DNA of 64,000 nt from Minisyncoccota bacterium (GCA_035353995.1 DAOQAL010000001.1:209464-273463), one strand, 5' to 3'. Positions 19,460 to 29,346 are shown, counted from the first letter of the stretch. Translations and numbers: made by a program. The notes: a model not told the origin generated them from the sequence alone.

Positions 19460-22441
19460 ATGCAAGGATCTGAAAAATTTGAAGAAGAATATAAAAGACT
19501 AAATAAACAACAAAAAGAAGCTGTTGGTTCGATTGATGGTCCGGTTATGGTAGTCGCTGGTCCTGGTACTGGTAAGACTCAAATATTAGCATTGAGGATA
19601 GGAAATATTTTAAATAAAACAGATACACCACCAGATGGAATATTGTGTTTAACTTTTACCAATTCGGCAGTTTCAGCGATGAAAAAAAGGCTAAATGATT
19701 ATATAGGATCTACCGGTTCAAAAGTAAATGTTTTTACATTCCATTCATTTGGAATGAAAATTATAGAAGAATTTTTCTCAATTCTTGAATTTGATTCAGC
19801 GCCAATTTTAATGGATGATATTGACTCTATTTCTCTTTGCGATGAGATTTTAAATAATAATGATTGGGATTATTTAAAACCGAGATCTGACGCATTTAGG
19901 TATTTTCGTGATTTAAAATCTTTAATTTCTATTCTTAAACGTGATAGAACATCACCAGAAAATTTTTTAGATGAAATAAAAAAAGATATTAAAAGATTAA
20001 AAGAAGATGATAAAAGTATATCTACAAGAGGAGAGAGCAAGGGACAATTAAAAAAAGAGGTTTTGAAAAAGATAGAAAGTTTGGAAAAAACAAAAGAAGT
20101 TGTTCATTTTTATGAATTATATGAAAAAGTTAAGAAGGAAAAAAATATTATTGATTACGATGACGTGCTAGAGTTTTTAGTTAAAATAGTAGAAGAGTCT
20201 GATGAAGTTAGAGATATAATTCGTGAAAGGTATTTATATGTTTTGGTTGATGAACATCAAGATTCAAGTAAAGTTCAAAATGAATTTTTACAAAAAGTTT
20301 GGGCAGATGTTGAAAAACCAAATATTTTTGTTGTAGGTGATGACCGACAGCTTATTTATGGTTTTAGTGGTGCATCACTTTCTTACTTTGAAGAATTTAA
20401 AGATGTTTTTGGTAAAGCAAAACTTATTACATTAGTAGACAACTATCGTTCTACACAAATTATTTTAGATTCGTCTCATTTATTATTGCAGAGTAAAATT
20501 TCAAATGAAAAACTTATAAGCCACAGAAAAGAATCTCATCCGATTAGACTTATAGAATGTGATTATTCTCGTGATGAAATAATAGCTTGTGCTCTTGATA
20601 TAAAGGAAAAAATAAAAGAAGGAGTTGATGTAAATGATTGTGCAATTTTAGTACCTAAAAATACTCAAGCAAGAAGTGCAGTATTGGTTCTTCGCGATAT
20701 GGGTCTTCCGGTGGCGTCAGGGGAAATGCTAAGACTTTTTGATCAAATAGAGACACAATCTTTATTAACAGTTTTGAAAATAATATTAAATCCATATGAC
20801 AATGTATCCTTAACTCAATCTTTATTTGATAAACTTTCTGGAATAGAGCCACTTTCTGCCCATAAATTTATTTTTGAGAATGATATTAATAAATTTTCTC
20901 TCGTTGATTTTTTGAAAGAAAAAAAGCAGAGTCTTTTTGAAGATAACGATAAAGTAAAAATATGGTTTTTAAAACTTGGGGAATGGATAAAAAAATCTCA
21001 AGAGCTTAATGTTTATTCATTGATTCAATTAGTTGGAGATGAGTTTTTATTAGACGATGTAAGAGAGCATGAGGATCTTGTCTTTAGAGTTGAAATCATT
21101 CGTACGTTTTTGCATCTTGCTCTTTTGCGAGTAGAAAAAAACCCAAAACTTACATTAAAAGATTTTATTGATTTTATTGAACGACTTGAATCGTATGATG
21201 AAAATATTTCATTGGCGGTTTTTGGCGGACAAGAAGGTGTAAAAGTTTTGACTCTTCATTCTTCCAAGGGGCTTGAATTTGATTATGTTTGGATTGCACA
21301 TATGGATGAAAGATCTCTAGGAGGTGGAAAACATTATGGTTTTACATTACCAGATTCTATTGAAGAAAAAAAAGAAAAAAAGGATGAGGAAGTTCTCAAG
21401 CGTCAACTTTATGTAGCTATTACTCGTGCAAAACGTTTTTGTACTCTTTCTTATTCTTTACATTCTTATAATGGCGCAGAACAAGAACTAGCTCACATTG
21501 TTTCAGATTTACCAGAAAATATTTTTAACAAACAAGATTCGTCTGCTACAGAAAGTTTTATTATGAAAAATAATACTAAAGCATACGTTGAACAAAAATC
21601 TATTTCAAAAGAACATATAAAAATAAAAGAATTAACAAAACTCGTTGCAAAAGAATATGAAGATAAAAAAATTTCAGTATCACTTTTAAATAATTTTTTT
21701 GAATGCCCATGGAAATGGTATTTCAGGAATTTGCTTAGGTTGCCAGAGCCAAAAAGTGAAAGCTTAGAATTTGGGAATACTGTGCATTCTTCTATTGATA
21801 AAATTTTAAAGTTAAAAGAAAAATTTTCACAAAAAGATGTTGAAAGTATAGTTAAAGAAGAAGTGGAAAAAAGAAAATTTGGGGATGAAAAAAAGCAAGA
21901 GAAAATCTATAAAGAAATTTTAAATATAATTTCAAAATGGGTTTTTGATCGTTTACCAAACATAGGAAAGGATTATGAAAACGAGAAGGGGATTTCAGTA
22001 AGAGATGAAAAATTCCCACATTTGAATATTTTTGGAAAACTTGATTTAGTTGAGAAATTAGATTCTAAAAATGTTCGTGTAACTGATTTTAAAACTGGTA
22101 GCGTTAGAAAAAAGAATGATATTGAGAAACTAGATGATGAAAATAGGATGAGTGGATATTTACGCCAGCTTGCTATGTACTCTTATCTTATAAAAGAAAG
22201 CTCTAGAGGAAAGATAAATGTTGGTGAATCAAGATTGGAATTTTTGGAAGCAAAAAATAAAGAAGAAAAATTTTATGAAAGAGTTATAACAAATGAAGAA
22301 ATAAAAATGCTTATTTCAGATATTTCTGATTATGATAAGTTAGTGAAAAATGGTGAATGGGTATTAAGGCCTTGCAACTATAATTCTTACGGAAAAAATA
22401 CCGAATGTGAATATTGCAAAATGGCAGAAATTTATAAATAA
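19460..22441 (+). CDS. single-chain SF1 UvrD/PcrA-type helicase fused to C-terminal PD-(D/E)xK Cas4/AddB-like Fe-S nuclease
   Basis: Helicase motifs I GPGTGKT, Ia TFTNSA, II VLVDEHQDS, III GDDRQLIYGFSGA, V/VI (LHSSKGLEFD; VAITRAK). C-terminal nuclease …DLVEK…VTDFKTG…QLAMY… with Cys set C(FECPW)…C-x10-C-x2-C (CNYNSYGKNTECEYC). Leaderless TGtTACAAT at 19445-19453. Confidence 0.8.
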   Translation: MQGSEKFEEEYKRLNKQQKEAVGSIDGPVMVVAGPGTGKTQILALRIGNILNKTDTPPDGILCLTFTNSAVSAMKKRLNDYIGSTGSKVNVFTFHSFGMKIIEEFFSILEFDSAPILMDDIDSISLCDEILNNNDWDYLKPRSDAFRYFRDLKSLISILKRDRTSPENFLDEIKKDIKRLKEDDKSISTRGESKGQLKKEVLKKIESLEKTKEVVHFYELYEKVKKEKNIIDYDDVLEFLVKIVEESDEVRDIIRERYLYVLVDEHQDSSKVQNEFLQKVWADVEKPNIFVVGDDRQLIYGFSGASLSYFEEFKDVFGKAKLITLVDNYRSTQIILDSSHLLLQSKISNEKLISHRKESHPIRLIECDYSRDEIIACALDIKEKIKEGVDVNDCAILVPKNTQARSAVLVLRDMGLPVASGEMLRLFDQIETQSLLTVLKIILNPYDNVSLTQSLFDKLSGIEPLSAHKFIFENDINKFSLVDFLKEKKQSLFEDNDKVKIWFLKLGEWIKKSQELNVYSLIQLVGDEFLLDDVREHEDLVFRVEIIRTFLHLALLRVEKNPKLTLKDFIDFIERLESYDENISLAVFGGQEGVKVLTLHSSKGLEFDYVWIAHMDERSLGGGKHYGFTLPDSIEEKKEKKDEEVLKRQLYVAITRAKRFCTLSYSLHSYNGAEQELAHIVSDLPENIFNKQDSSATESFIMKNNTKAYVEQKSISKEHIKIKELTKLVAKEYEDKKISVSLLNNFFECPWKWYFRNLLRLPEPKSESLEFGNTVHSSIDKILKLKEKFSQKDVESIVKEEVEKRKFGDEKKQEKIYKEILNIISKWVFDRLPNIGKDYENEKGISVRDEKFPHLNIFGKLDLVEKLDSKNVRVTDFKTGSVRKKNDIEKLDDENRMSGYLRQLAMYSYLIKESSRGKINVGESRLEFLEAKNKEEKFYERVITNEEIKMLISDISDYDKLVKNGEWVLRPCNYNSYGKNTECEYCKMAEIYK

Positions 22442-22470
22442 AAAAAGGGGGCCGTTGAGACCCCCCGTGC
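22441..22470 (-). terminator. minus-strand intrinsic terminator for the 36-aa peptide transcript
   Basis: Reverse complement reads GCACGGGGGGTCTCAACGGCCCCC followed by TTTTTT. Confidence 0.5.
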
Positions 22471-22554
22471 AATAATTTGTCCTAGTAATGATTTTTGTGC
22501 TAAATTCTCTATCTGTATTGAGTGGATATGCTTAAATTATACATAATAATCTAG

Positions 22555-22665
22555 TTATATCAATGATGAAAACAGTCTTGGGCCATTATCAAGCCAGCCT
22601 AAGTAAATTCCCAATAGAATAAAAAGCACTATAAAAATTACCAAAATTAATATCTTTTTCTTCAT
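22555..22665 (-). CDS. 36-aa hydrophobic peptide MKKKILILVIFIVLFILLGIYLGWLDNGPRLFSSLI (not in ORF track)
   Basis: Minus-strand ATG at 22665 is preceded by a perfect extended -10 TGATATAAT (22680..22672) with a 6-nt spacer. Stop TAA at 22557-22555. Minus-strand intrinsic terminator at 22470..22441. Confidence 0.4.
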   Translation of the reverse strand: MKKKILILVIFIVLFILLGIYLGWLDNGPRLFSSLI

Positions 22666-22671
22666 GGTTTT

Positions 22672-22680
22672 ATTATATCA
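22672..22680 (-). promoter_or_regulatory. leaderless-type extended -10 TGATATAAT (minus strand), 6 nt upstream of 36-aa peptide ATG
   Basis: The reverse complement of 22672-22680 reads TGATATAAT, followed by AAAACC then ATG. Confidence 0.45.
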
Positions 22681-22740
22681 GATATTGAGAGGAAGCTATT
22701 TGTATGTTATATTTTAACTATTATTAATTATATAAAAAAT

Positions 22741-22977
22741 ATGACTGATATAATTATTCACAACATTAAAATTTCTTATGACGAGTCTCATGAAAGAGTA
22801 AGAGATTTTGTTAAATATTTAAAAGATGAAAAAAGGAAAGAAGAGTTAAAAGGTTTTTATGAAGAAATAAGACATAGTAAAGATAATAAAATTCATATTA
22901 ATGATATTCATAATAATGAATTTACATTAGAACGTGTTGGTGAACATATGTGTACATTAAATTTAAGAGGAATGTAA
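22741..22977 (+). CDS. hypothetical 78-aa protein directly abutting pheS
   Basis: ORF ends 2 nt before the pheS ATG. No similarity recognised. Confidence 0.3.
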   Translation: MTDIIIHNIKISYDESHERVRDFVKYLKDEKRKEELKGFYEEIRHSKDNKIHINDIHNNEFTLERVGEHMCTLNLRGM

Positions 22978-22979
22978 TA

Positions 22980-23690
22980 ATGGATAAAGAAATAAAAAAA
23001 GGAAAAGAACATCCACTTTCAATTGTTATTAATAATGCAGTCAGAATTTTTACTGACCTTGGTTTTGAAGTTGCAGTTGGTCCTGAAATGGAAGATGTTT
23101 GGCATAATTTTGATGCATTAAATATTCCCAAAGACCATCCAGCAAGAGATATGCAGGATACTTTTTATATAAAAGGACAAGAAGACAAAGTTTTAAGAAC
23201 ACATACTTCTTCTGTTCAAATTCGTTTTATGGAGGAATTAATAAAATCAGGCAAGAAACCACCATTTGCAATTATTGCTCCAGGAAAAGTTTTTCGTAAT
23301 GAAGCAACAGATGCAACTCATGAAATGCAGTTCTATCAAATAGAAGGATTAGTTATAGGAGAAGATATAAATATGTCCAACTTAAAGGGTGTATTGTCTC
23401 ATTTTTATAAAAAAATGTTAGGTGAAGATACTAATTTACGTTTTCGTCCTAGTTTTTTCCCTTTTACTGAACCATCAATAGAATTTGATTTAAAATATAA
23501 AGGAAAATGGATTGAAATGGGAGGAGCGGGCATGGTTCACCCTATTGTGCTAAAAAATTGTGGAGTTGATCCTCTCAAATATCAAGGTTTTGCATTTGGC
23601 CCGGGTCTTGAAAGATTAATGGTTATAAAATATTTAATGTCAGATATACGTCCAGCTTATCATGGAGATTTAAGATTTAATCAAATTTAA
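22980..23690 (+). CDS. pheS: phenylalanine--tRNA ligase alpha subunit (short form, catalytic core only)
   Basis: Class II motifs …FDALNIPKDHPARDMQDTFY…, …FRPSFFPFTEPS…, …GFAFGPGLERL…. SD-like AAGAGGA at 22964-22970, 9 nt before the ATG. Confidence 0.85.
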   Translation: MDKEIKKGKEHPLSIVINNAVRIFTDLGFEVAVGPEMEDVWHNFDALNIPKDHPARDMQDTFYIKGQEDKVLRTHTSSVQIRFMEELIKSGKKPPFAIIAPGKVFRNEATDATHEMQFYQIEGLVIGEDINMSNLKGVLSHFYKKMLGEDTNLRFRPSFFPFTEPSIEFDLKYKGKWIEMGGAGMVHPIVLKNCGVDPLKYQGFAFGPGLERLMVIKYLMSDIRPAYHGDLRFNQI

Positions 23691-23691
23691 A

Positions 23692-25515
23692 ATGAAAGTT
23701 AGTTACAATTGGTTACAAAATTATTTTAAAGAAAAGTTACCAGAACCAGAAAAAATTTCTGAAGGTATTGTTTTTCATTCTTTTGAAGTCGAAGAAGTAG
23801 AAAAAATAGGGAATGATACAATTTTTGATATTAAAATTTTACCAGACAGAGCACATGATTGTCTTTCTCATTGGGGAATTGCGAAAGAAATTTCTGCAAT
23901 TTTTGATATTAAAATTAAAGATAAAGTTTATAAAATTTTTTCTTCTCAAGAAACGAAATTGGATATAAAAATTGAAAATGAAAAATGTTTGCGTTATATG
24001 GGTAGAATTTTTAAGAATATAAAAATTGCAGAAAGCCCAGATTGGTTAAAAGAATGTTTAAATACAATAGGACAAAAATCAATAAATAACGTAGTAGATT
24101 CTGCTAATTTTGTAATGTTTGATTTAGGTCAACCAATACATTGTTTTGATTTAGATAAATTGGCAAGTGAAAAGATTATTGTAAGAAATGGAAAAATTGG
24201 TGAAAAGATTACTACTTTGGATAAAAAAAATATTGAGTTAGATGAATCTATTTTAGTTATTGCTGATGAAAATAATCCACTTGCTATTGCTGGTATAAAA
24301 GGAGGAGTAAAAGCTGAAGTAGATGAAAATACAAAAAATATAGTTATAGAGGTTGCAAATTTTAATCCTACAACAACAAGAAAAACTGCTAAAAAAATAA
24401 ATATACTAACTGATGCAGTAAAAAGGTATGAGAATGAAATTTCTCCAGAACTTTGCGAGAAAGTAATGAATGCAATTTCTGATCTTATTTATAGTTTGGC
24501 AGGAGGGGAAGCTGAAAATATTGTTGATATTTATCCTAATAAAAAAGAACAAAAAAATATTTCTTTATCAGTTGATTATGTAAATAAAAGATTAGGTTCT
24601 AATTTTTCAAAATATGAAATTGAAAGTGTTTGGAAAAAATTGAACTTTTTATACACAGAAAAAGATAATATTTTTCAGGTTGAAATCCCATTTTTAAGAT
24701 TAGACTTAAATGGTAAACATGATTTAACGGAAGAAGTTATTAGAATTTTAGGTTATGAAAAACTTTCTGAAGTATTGCCTAAATTAAATATGTCTTCAAA
24801 TGAATCTTCTTTTTCAAATAATATTTTTTCAAAAATGTTTTTAGCAAGGAGAAAGTTGCTTGATGATGGATATTCTGAAGTTATGACTTACACATTCAGA
24901 GACAATGGGGAAGTCGAGGTATTAGCTTCTGCTTCTGATAAAAAATTCTTAAGAACCAATCTAGCTGATGGTTTGAAAGAAAGTCTAAAATTAAATCAAT
25001 TGAATGCACCATTTCTTGGAATGAAAGAAATTAAAATTTTTGAAATTGGAACAGTATTTTTGAAAGACAAAGAAGAAATGCATGTTGCATATAATGAAAA
25101 AGAAAATATTAAAGAAATTTCTTTAGATGAATTTTGTAAATCAATTTCAGATATTGATTCAACTAATATCTTTAATGAAAAAGAAAATAATGATACTTTA
25201 AATTTTTCATCAGTATCAGTTTTTAAGCAATGGTCAATTTATCCATTTATTTGTCGTGATATAGCAATATGGGTTATGGATAAAGAAGATGAGAAAAAAA
25301 TAAAAAATTTAATTATAGAAAATGGTACTGATCTTTTGATCAAAGAACCTTATATTTTTGATTCTTTTAGTAATCCTAAAACTAATAAAACTTCCTTTGG
25401 TTTCAGGCTTATTTTTCAATCTTACGATAGGACATTGACTGATGAAGAAGTTAACAAAATAATGCTACAAATAACCAATAAGATAAGCGAAAATAAAGAG
25501 TGGCAAGTCCGTTAG
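23692..25515 (+). CDS. pheT: phenylalanine--tRNA ligase beta subunit (reduced, 607 aa)
   Basis: Follows pheS by 1 nt. B3/4 and B5-like regions with a C-terminal anticodon-binding-like domain. Confidence 0.75.
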   Translation: MKVSYNWLQNYFKEKLPEPEKISEGIVFHSFEVEEVEKIGNDTIFDIKILPDRAHDCLSHWGIAKEISAIFDIKIKDKVYKIFSSQETKLDIKIENEKCLRYMGRIFKNIKIAESPDWLKECLNTIGQKSINNVVDSANFVMFDLGQPIHCFDLDKLASEKIIVRNGKIGEKITTLDKKNIELDESILVIADENNPLAIAGIKGGVKAEVDENTKNIVIEVANFNPTTTRKTAKKINILTDAVKRYENEISPELCEKVMNAISDLIYSLAGGEAENIVDIYPNKKEQKNISLSVDYVNKRLGSNFSKYEIESVWKKLNFLYTEKDNIFQVEIPFLRLDLNGKHDLTEEVIRILGYEKLSEVLPKLNMSSNESSFSNNIFSKMFLARRKLLDDGYSEVMTYTFRDNGEVEVLASASDKKFLRTNLADGLKESLKLNQLNAPFLGMKEIKIFEIGTVFLKDKEEMHVAYNEKENIKEISLDEFCKSISDIDSTNIFNEKENNDTLNFSSVSVFKQWSIYPFICRDIAIWVMDKEDEKKIKNLIIENGTDLLIKEPYIFDSFSNPKTNKTSFGFRLIFQSYDRTLTDEEVNKIMLQITNKISENKEWQVR

Positions 25516-25569
25516 GAACTATATTGAAATTTGCTTTTTTAATATTAAATGTATAATATAAAATAATAT

Positions 25570-26931
25570 ATGTGGAAGAAGAGAGTAATGGCATTAATAA
25601 TTCTTATTTTGGGCGTAGCCGTCGCTTTTTTTGTTTTTAAGTCTGAACCTAAATTTAATAAAAATTATGAACAAGCACCTTCTTTTCTAAAAAGTTTTCC
25701 TTTTAGATTAGGTCTTGATCTTTCCGGTGGTAGCCATTTGATTTATAAAGCTGATGTGTCGCAAGTTCCTGCAGGACAAGTTTCTGATTCAATGAATTCT
25801 CTACGAGATGTGATTGAACGTAGAATAAATTTATTTGGAGTTTCTGAACCTGTTGTACAAGTGCAAGAGGGAAGTTTTGTTTCAGGTGGAGATGAAAAAC
25901 TTATTGTTGATCTTCCTGGTGTTACTGATGTTGAAAAAGCTACTGCAATGATAGGACAAACTCCTCTTTTGGAATTTAAAATTGAAGCTCCAGAAGATGC
26001 ACCAAGAGAACTTATAGTTAATGAAAAGGGTGAAGCTACTATTGATATGTCGAAACAGTATGTTTCCACAGAATTAACCGGTAGATATTTGAAAAAGGCA
26101 GTTTTAGAATTTGATCAAACAACTGGAGAGCCAATAGTTGGTTTACAATTTGATGATACAGGTTCAAAATTATTTGCTGAAATAACAAAAAATAATGTAG
26201 GAAAAGTTGTAGCAATATATTTGGATGGTTCTCCAATTTCAACTCCCGTAGTTAGAGAAGAAATTACTGGTGGACAAGCTCAAATTTCTGGTACATTCAC
26301 AGCAACTGAAGCAAAACAATTAGTTGGTAGATTAAATTCAGGAGCATTACCTGTACCAATAACATTACTTTCGAAACAAACAATAGGTGCAACATTAGGC
26401 GATAACGCATTATATGCAGGTATGAAAGCTGCTATCATAGGATTTTTATTTGTTGCATTATTCTTAATACTTTGGTACCGCTTACCAGGTCTTGTTGCAG
26501 TTATTTCTCTTTGTGTTTATATCGTAATTATTCTTAGTTTATTTAAACTATTACCTGTTACTTTGACTGCAGCAGGTATAGCTGGTTTTATTATTTCAAT
26601 AGGTATAGCTGTAGATGCAAATGTGCTTATTTTTGAACGTGTAAAAGAAGAATTACGTTCTGGACGAACAATTGCAGATTCTATTTCCGCAGGATTCTCT
26701 AGAGCTTGGTTTTCAATACGTGACTCTAATATTTCAAGTATTATTACAGCAATCATTTTATTCTGGTTTGGAACATCTTTGATAAAAGGATTTGCATTAA
26801 CTCTTGGTATGGGTGTTTTGGTTTCAATGCTTTCAGCTATTACAATTTCAAGAATTTTCCTTTATGGTGTTAGCTTTATAGGAGAAGGCAAGGTCGCAAG
26901 ATTTTTATTTAGTTCTGGAATTTCAAAATAA
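25570..26931 (+). CDS. secD: protein translocase subunit SecD
   Basis: N-terminal TM, large periplasmic-type domain and C-terminal 6-TM region; followed at +2 nt by secF. Confidence 0.85.
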   Translation: MWKKRVMALIILILGVAVAFFVFKSEPKFNKNYEQAPSFLKSFPFRLGLDLSGGSHLIYKADVSQVPAGQVSDSMNSLRDVIERRINLFGVSEPVVQVQEGSFVSGGDEKLIVDLPGVTDVEKATAMIGQTPLLEFKIEAPEDAPRELIVNEKGEATIDMSKQYVSTELTGRYLKKAVLEFDQTTGEPIVGLQFDDTGSKLFAEITKNNVGKVVAIYLDGSPISTPVVREEITGGQAQISGTFTATEAKQLVGRLNSGALPVPITLLSKQTIGATLGDNALYAGMKAAIIGFLFVALFLILWYRLPGLVAVISLCVYIVIILSLFKLLPVTLTAAGIAGFIISIGIAVDANVLIFERVKEELRSGRTIADSISAGFSRAWFSIRDSNISSIITAIILFWFGTSLIKGFALTLGMGVLVSMLSAITISRIFLYGVSFIGEGKVARFLFSSGISK

Positions 26932-26932
26932 T

Positions 26933-27844
26933 ATGTTCGTAATAAGAAACAAAAAAATATTTATCATTATATCAATAGTATTGGTTGCTCTTTCTATATT
27001 TTCAATTTGTTTTTTTGGATTAAATGCTGGTATAGATTTTAAAGGAGGAGCATTAACAGAAGTTACATATAAAGATGCAAGACCTACACAAGAAGAATTA
27101 AATCCTATTCTAGAGTCTTTAGGTTTTGGTTCAATGTTACTTCAGCCAGCAGGAGATAGTGACTATATAGTAAAATCAAGAGAGCTTAACGATATAGAAC
27201 ATAAACAACTTTTGAATGCTCTTTCCCAAGATGGCAAAAATTTACTTGAAGAAAAGAATTTTAGTTCTATAGGACCTTCTGTTGGTAAAGAATTAACAAG
27301 AAAAGCTATAGTTGCGATCATCCTTGTCTCTCTTGGAATTATAATCTTTATCGCTTTTGCATTTAGAAAAGTATCAAAACCTGTTTCTTCTTGGAAGTAT
27401 GGTTTTATTGCTATAGTTTCACTTTTGCATGACGTTATTATTCCAGTTGGAATATTTGCCTTACTTTCTCATTTCTTGGGAATTGAAATGGATACACTGT
27501 TCGTAGTTGCAGTATTGACTATTTTGGGACTTTCCGTTTCTGACACAATTGTTATTTTTGATAGAATAAGAGAAAATATAAGAGGTCAAGCTATGATAAA
27601 TAAAATTAATTTTCCAGAAACAGTTGGTAAAAGTTTACAACAATCTTTTGTGCGTTCTATCTGCACATCTCTTACTGTTATTTTAGTTTTGTTAGCATTG
27701 TTCTTCTTTGGTCCATATTCTACTAAATACTTTGCTCTAGTCTTAGCATTTGGAATGTTCTTTGGAACATACTCTTCAATCTTTTTGGCTTCACCACTTT
27801 TGGTAGTAGTCGAAGGGTGGCAAAAAAAGAAGTCTAAAAAATAA
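26933..27844 (+). CDS. secF: protein translocase subunit SecF
   Basis: 303 aa with the SecF TM topology and …GIDFKGG… motif. Confidence 0.85.
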   Translation: MFVIRNKKIFIIISIVLVALSIFSICFFGLNAGIDFKGGALTEVTYKDARPTQEELNPILESLGFGSMLLQPAGDSDYIVKSRELNDIEHKQLLNALSQDGKNLLEEKNFSSIGPSVGKELTRKAIVAIILVSLGIIIFIAFAFRKVSKPVSSWKYGFIAIVSLLHDVIIPVGIFALLSHFLGIEMDTLFVVAVLTILGLSVSDTIVIFDRIRENIRGQAMINKINFPETVGKSLQQSFVRSICTSLTVILVLLALFFFGPYSTKYFALVLAFGMFFGTYSSIFLASPLLVVVEGWQKKKSKK

Positions 27845-27860
27845 TTATTAGTAATTTTTT

Positions 27861-27878
27861 AATGACTCTATAGTCATT
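27861..27878 (+). promoter_or_regulatory. inverted repeat AATGACT-CTAT-AGTCATT between secF and lemA
   Basis: Perfect 7-bp arms with a 4-nt loop, 14 nt upstream of the lemA ATG. Could be an operator or a weak terminator. Confidence 0.3.
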
Positions 27879-27891
27879 GAATATAAATTTT

Positions 27892-28452
27892 ATGACATAT
27901 ATATGGATATTAGCGTGCATTGTAGTTGTTTTAATTTTATGGATTGCTGTATCTTTTAATTCTTTTGTATCTCTAAAAAATAGATCAAAAGAAGCTTGGG
28001 CTGATATTGAAGTTCAATTAAAAAGACGATACGATTTGATTCCTAATTTAGTAAATACTGTTAAAGGTTACGCTACTCATGAATCTACAGCTTTTGAAAA
28101 CGTAACTAAAGCAAGAACAACAGCAATGAGTGCAACTGGCCCAGGAGAAGGTCATGCAAAAGCAGAGAATGTTCTTACTGGTGCATTAAAGTCTGTTTTT
28201 GCTATTGCAGAGGCATATCCTGAACTTAAAGCAAATCAAAACTTTTTAGCATTGCAAAGTGAACTATCTGATACTGAAAATAAAATTCAAGCTGCTCGAA
28301 GATTTTATAATACAAATGTTCGTGACTTGAATATAAAGATAGAAAGTTTTCCATCAAATATTATTGCAAATATTTTTAAGTTTTCTAAGATGGAATTCTT
28401 TGATCTACCAGATAATGACGTTGCTCAGAATCCAGTTGAAGTAAAGTTTTAA
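27892..28452 (+). CDS. lemA: LemA family protein
   Basis: N-terminal TM then the conserved LemA region (…NSFVSLKNRSKEAWADIEVQLKRRYDLIPNLV…). The ATG at 27892 is preferred to the TTG at 27877. Confidence 0.8.
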   Translation: MTYIWILACIVVVLILWIAVSFNSFVSLKNRSKEAWADIEVQLKRRYDLIPNLVNTVKGYATHESTAFENVTKARTTAMSATGPGEGHAKAENVLTGALKSVFAIAEAYPELKANQNFLALQSELSDTENKIQAARRFYNTNVRDLNIKIESFPSNIIANIFKFSKMEFFDLPDNDVAQNPVEVKF

Positions 28453-28458
28453 TTTAAA

Positions 28459-29346
28459 ATGGCTACATTATATACGCAACAATCAAAAAATGTTTCTAAA
28501 ACTTGGCTTTTAATGAGTCTGTTTTTGGTTATTGTTATTGGTATAGGATTTTTCTTTTCACAGTATTATAACAATCCTAATATTTTGTATTTTTTTATTA
28601 TCTTTAGCATATCTATGAATGTTATAAGCTATTGGTATTCAGATAAAATAGCTTTGAAATTAAATCATGCAAAGCCTATAAAAAAAGAAGAAAATCCAGA
28701 TTTATGGAATATTGTTGAAAATCTTTCTATCACAGCAGGATTACCAATGCCAAGATTGTGTATTATTAATGATCCATCGCCAAATGCTTTTGCAACTGGT
28801 AGAAATAAAGAACATGCAGTTGTGGCTGTGACTACTGGTTTATTGCAAATTCTTAATAAGAATGAGCTTGAAGGTGTAATAGCGCATGAACTTTCTCATA
28901 TAGGGAATAGAGATATTTTACTTTCTACTGTAATTGTTGTTTTAGTTGGTTTTGTTTCTATCATTGCAGATATCTTTTTGCGTTCGACATTCTGGGGCGT
29001 AGGGCGTAGTAGGGATGACGATAGAGGGGGAAGTATTATGATGCTAGTTGGAATTGTACTTTCAATTTTGGCTCCAATTTTTGCAACAATTATTCAACTT
29101 TCTATTTCACGTAAAAGAGAATTTTTAGCAGATGCTTCTGGTGCATTGCTTACAAGATATCCAGAAGGTTTGGCAAGTGCTTTGAAAAAGATTTCACAAA
29201 ATTCTCGTCCAATGACTTATGCAAATAATGCTACAGCCCATCTTTTTATCTCTAATCCATTTTCTGGTGCAGGCAAAAAAATCTCAAATCTTTTTAATAC
29301 ACATCCTCCAATAGAAGAAAGAATAAAAGCCTTACTTGGAAACTAA
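28459..29346 (+). CDS. htpX: zinc metalloprotease HtpX (M48)
   Basis: HELSH zinc motif (VIAHELSHIGNRD), four TM segments and downstream …EFLAD… glutamate. Confidence 0.85.
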   Translation: MATLYTQQSKNVSKTWLLMSLFLVIVIGIGFFFSQYYNNPNILYFFIIFSISMNVISYWYSDKIALKLNHAKPIKKEENPDLWNIVENLSITAGLPMPRLCIINDPSPNAFATGRNKEHAVVAVTTGLLQILNKNELEGVIAHELSHIGNRDILLSTVIVVLVGFVSIIADIFLRSTFWGVGRSRDDDRGGSIMMLVGIVLSILAPIFATIIQLSISRKREFLADASGALLTRYPEGLASALKKISQNSRPMTYANNATAHLFISNPFSGAGKKISNLFNTHPPIEERIKALLGN

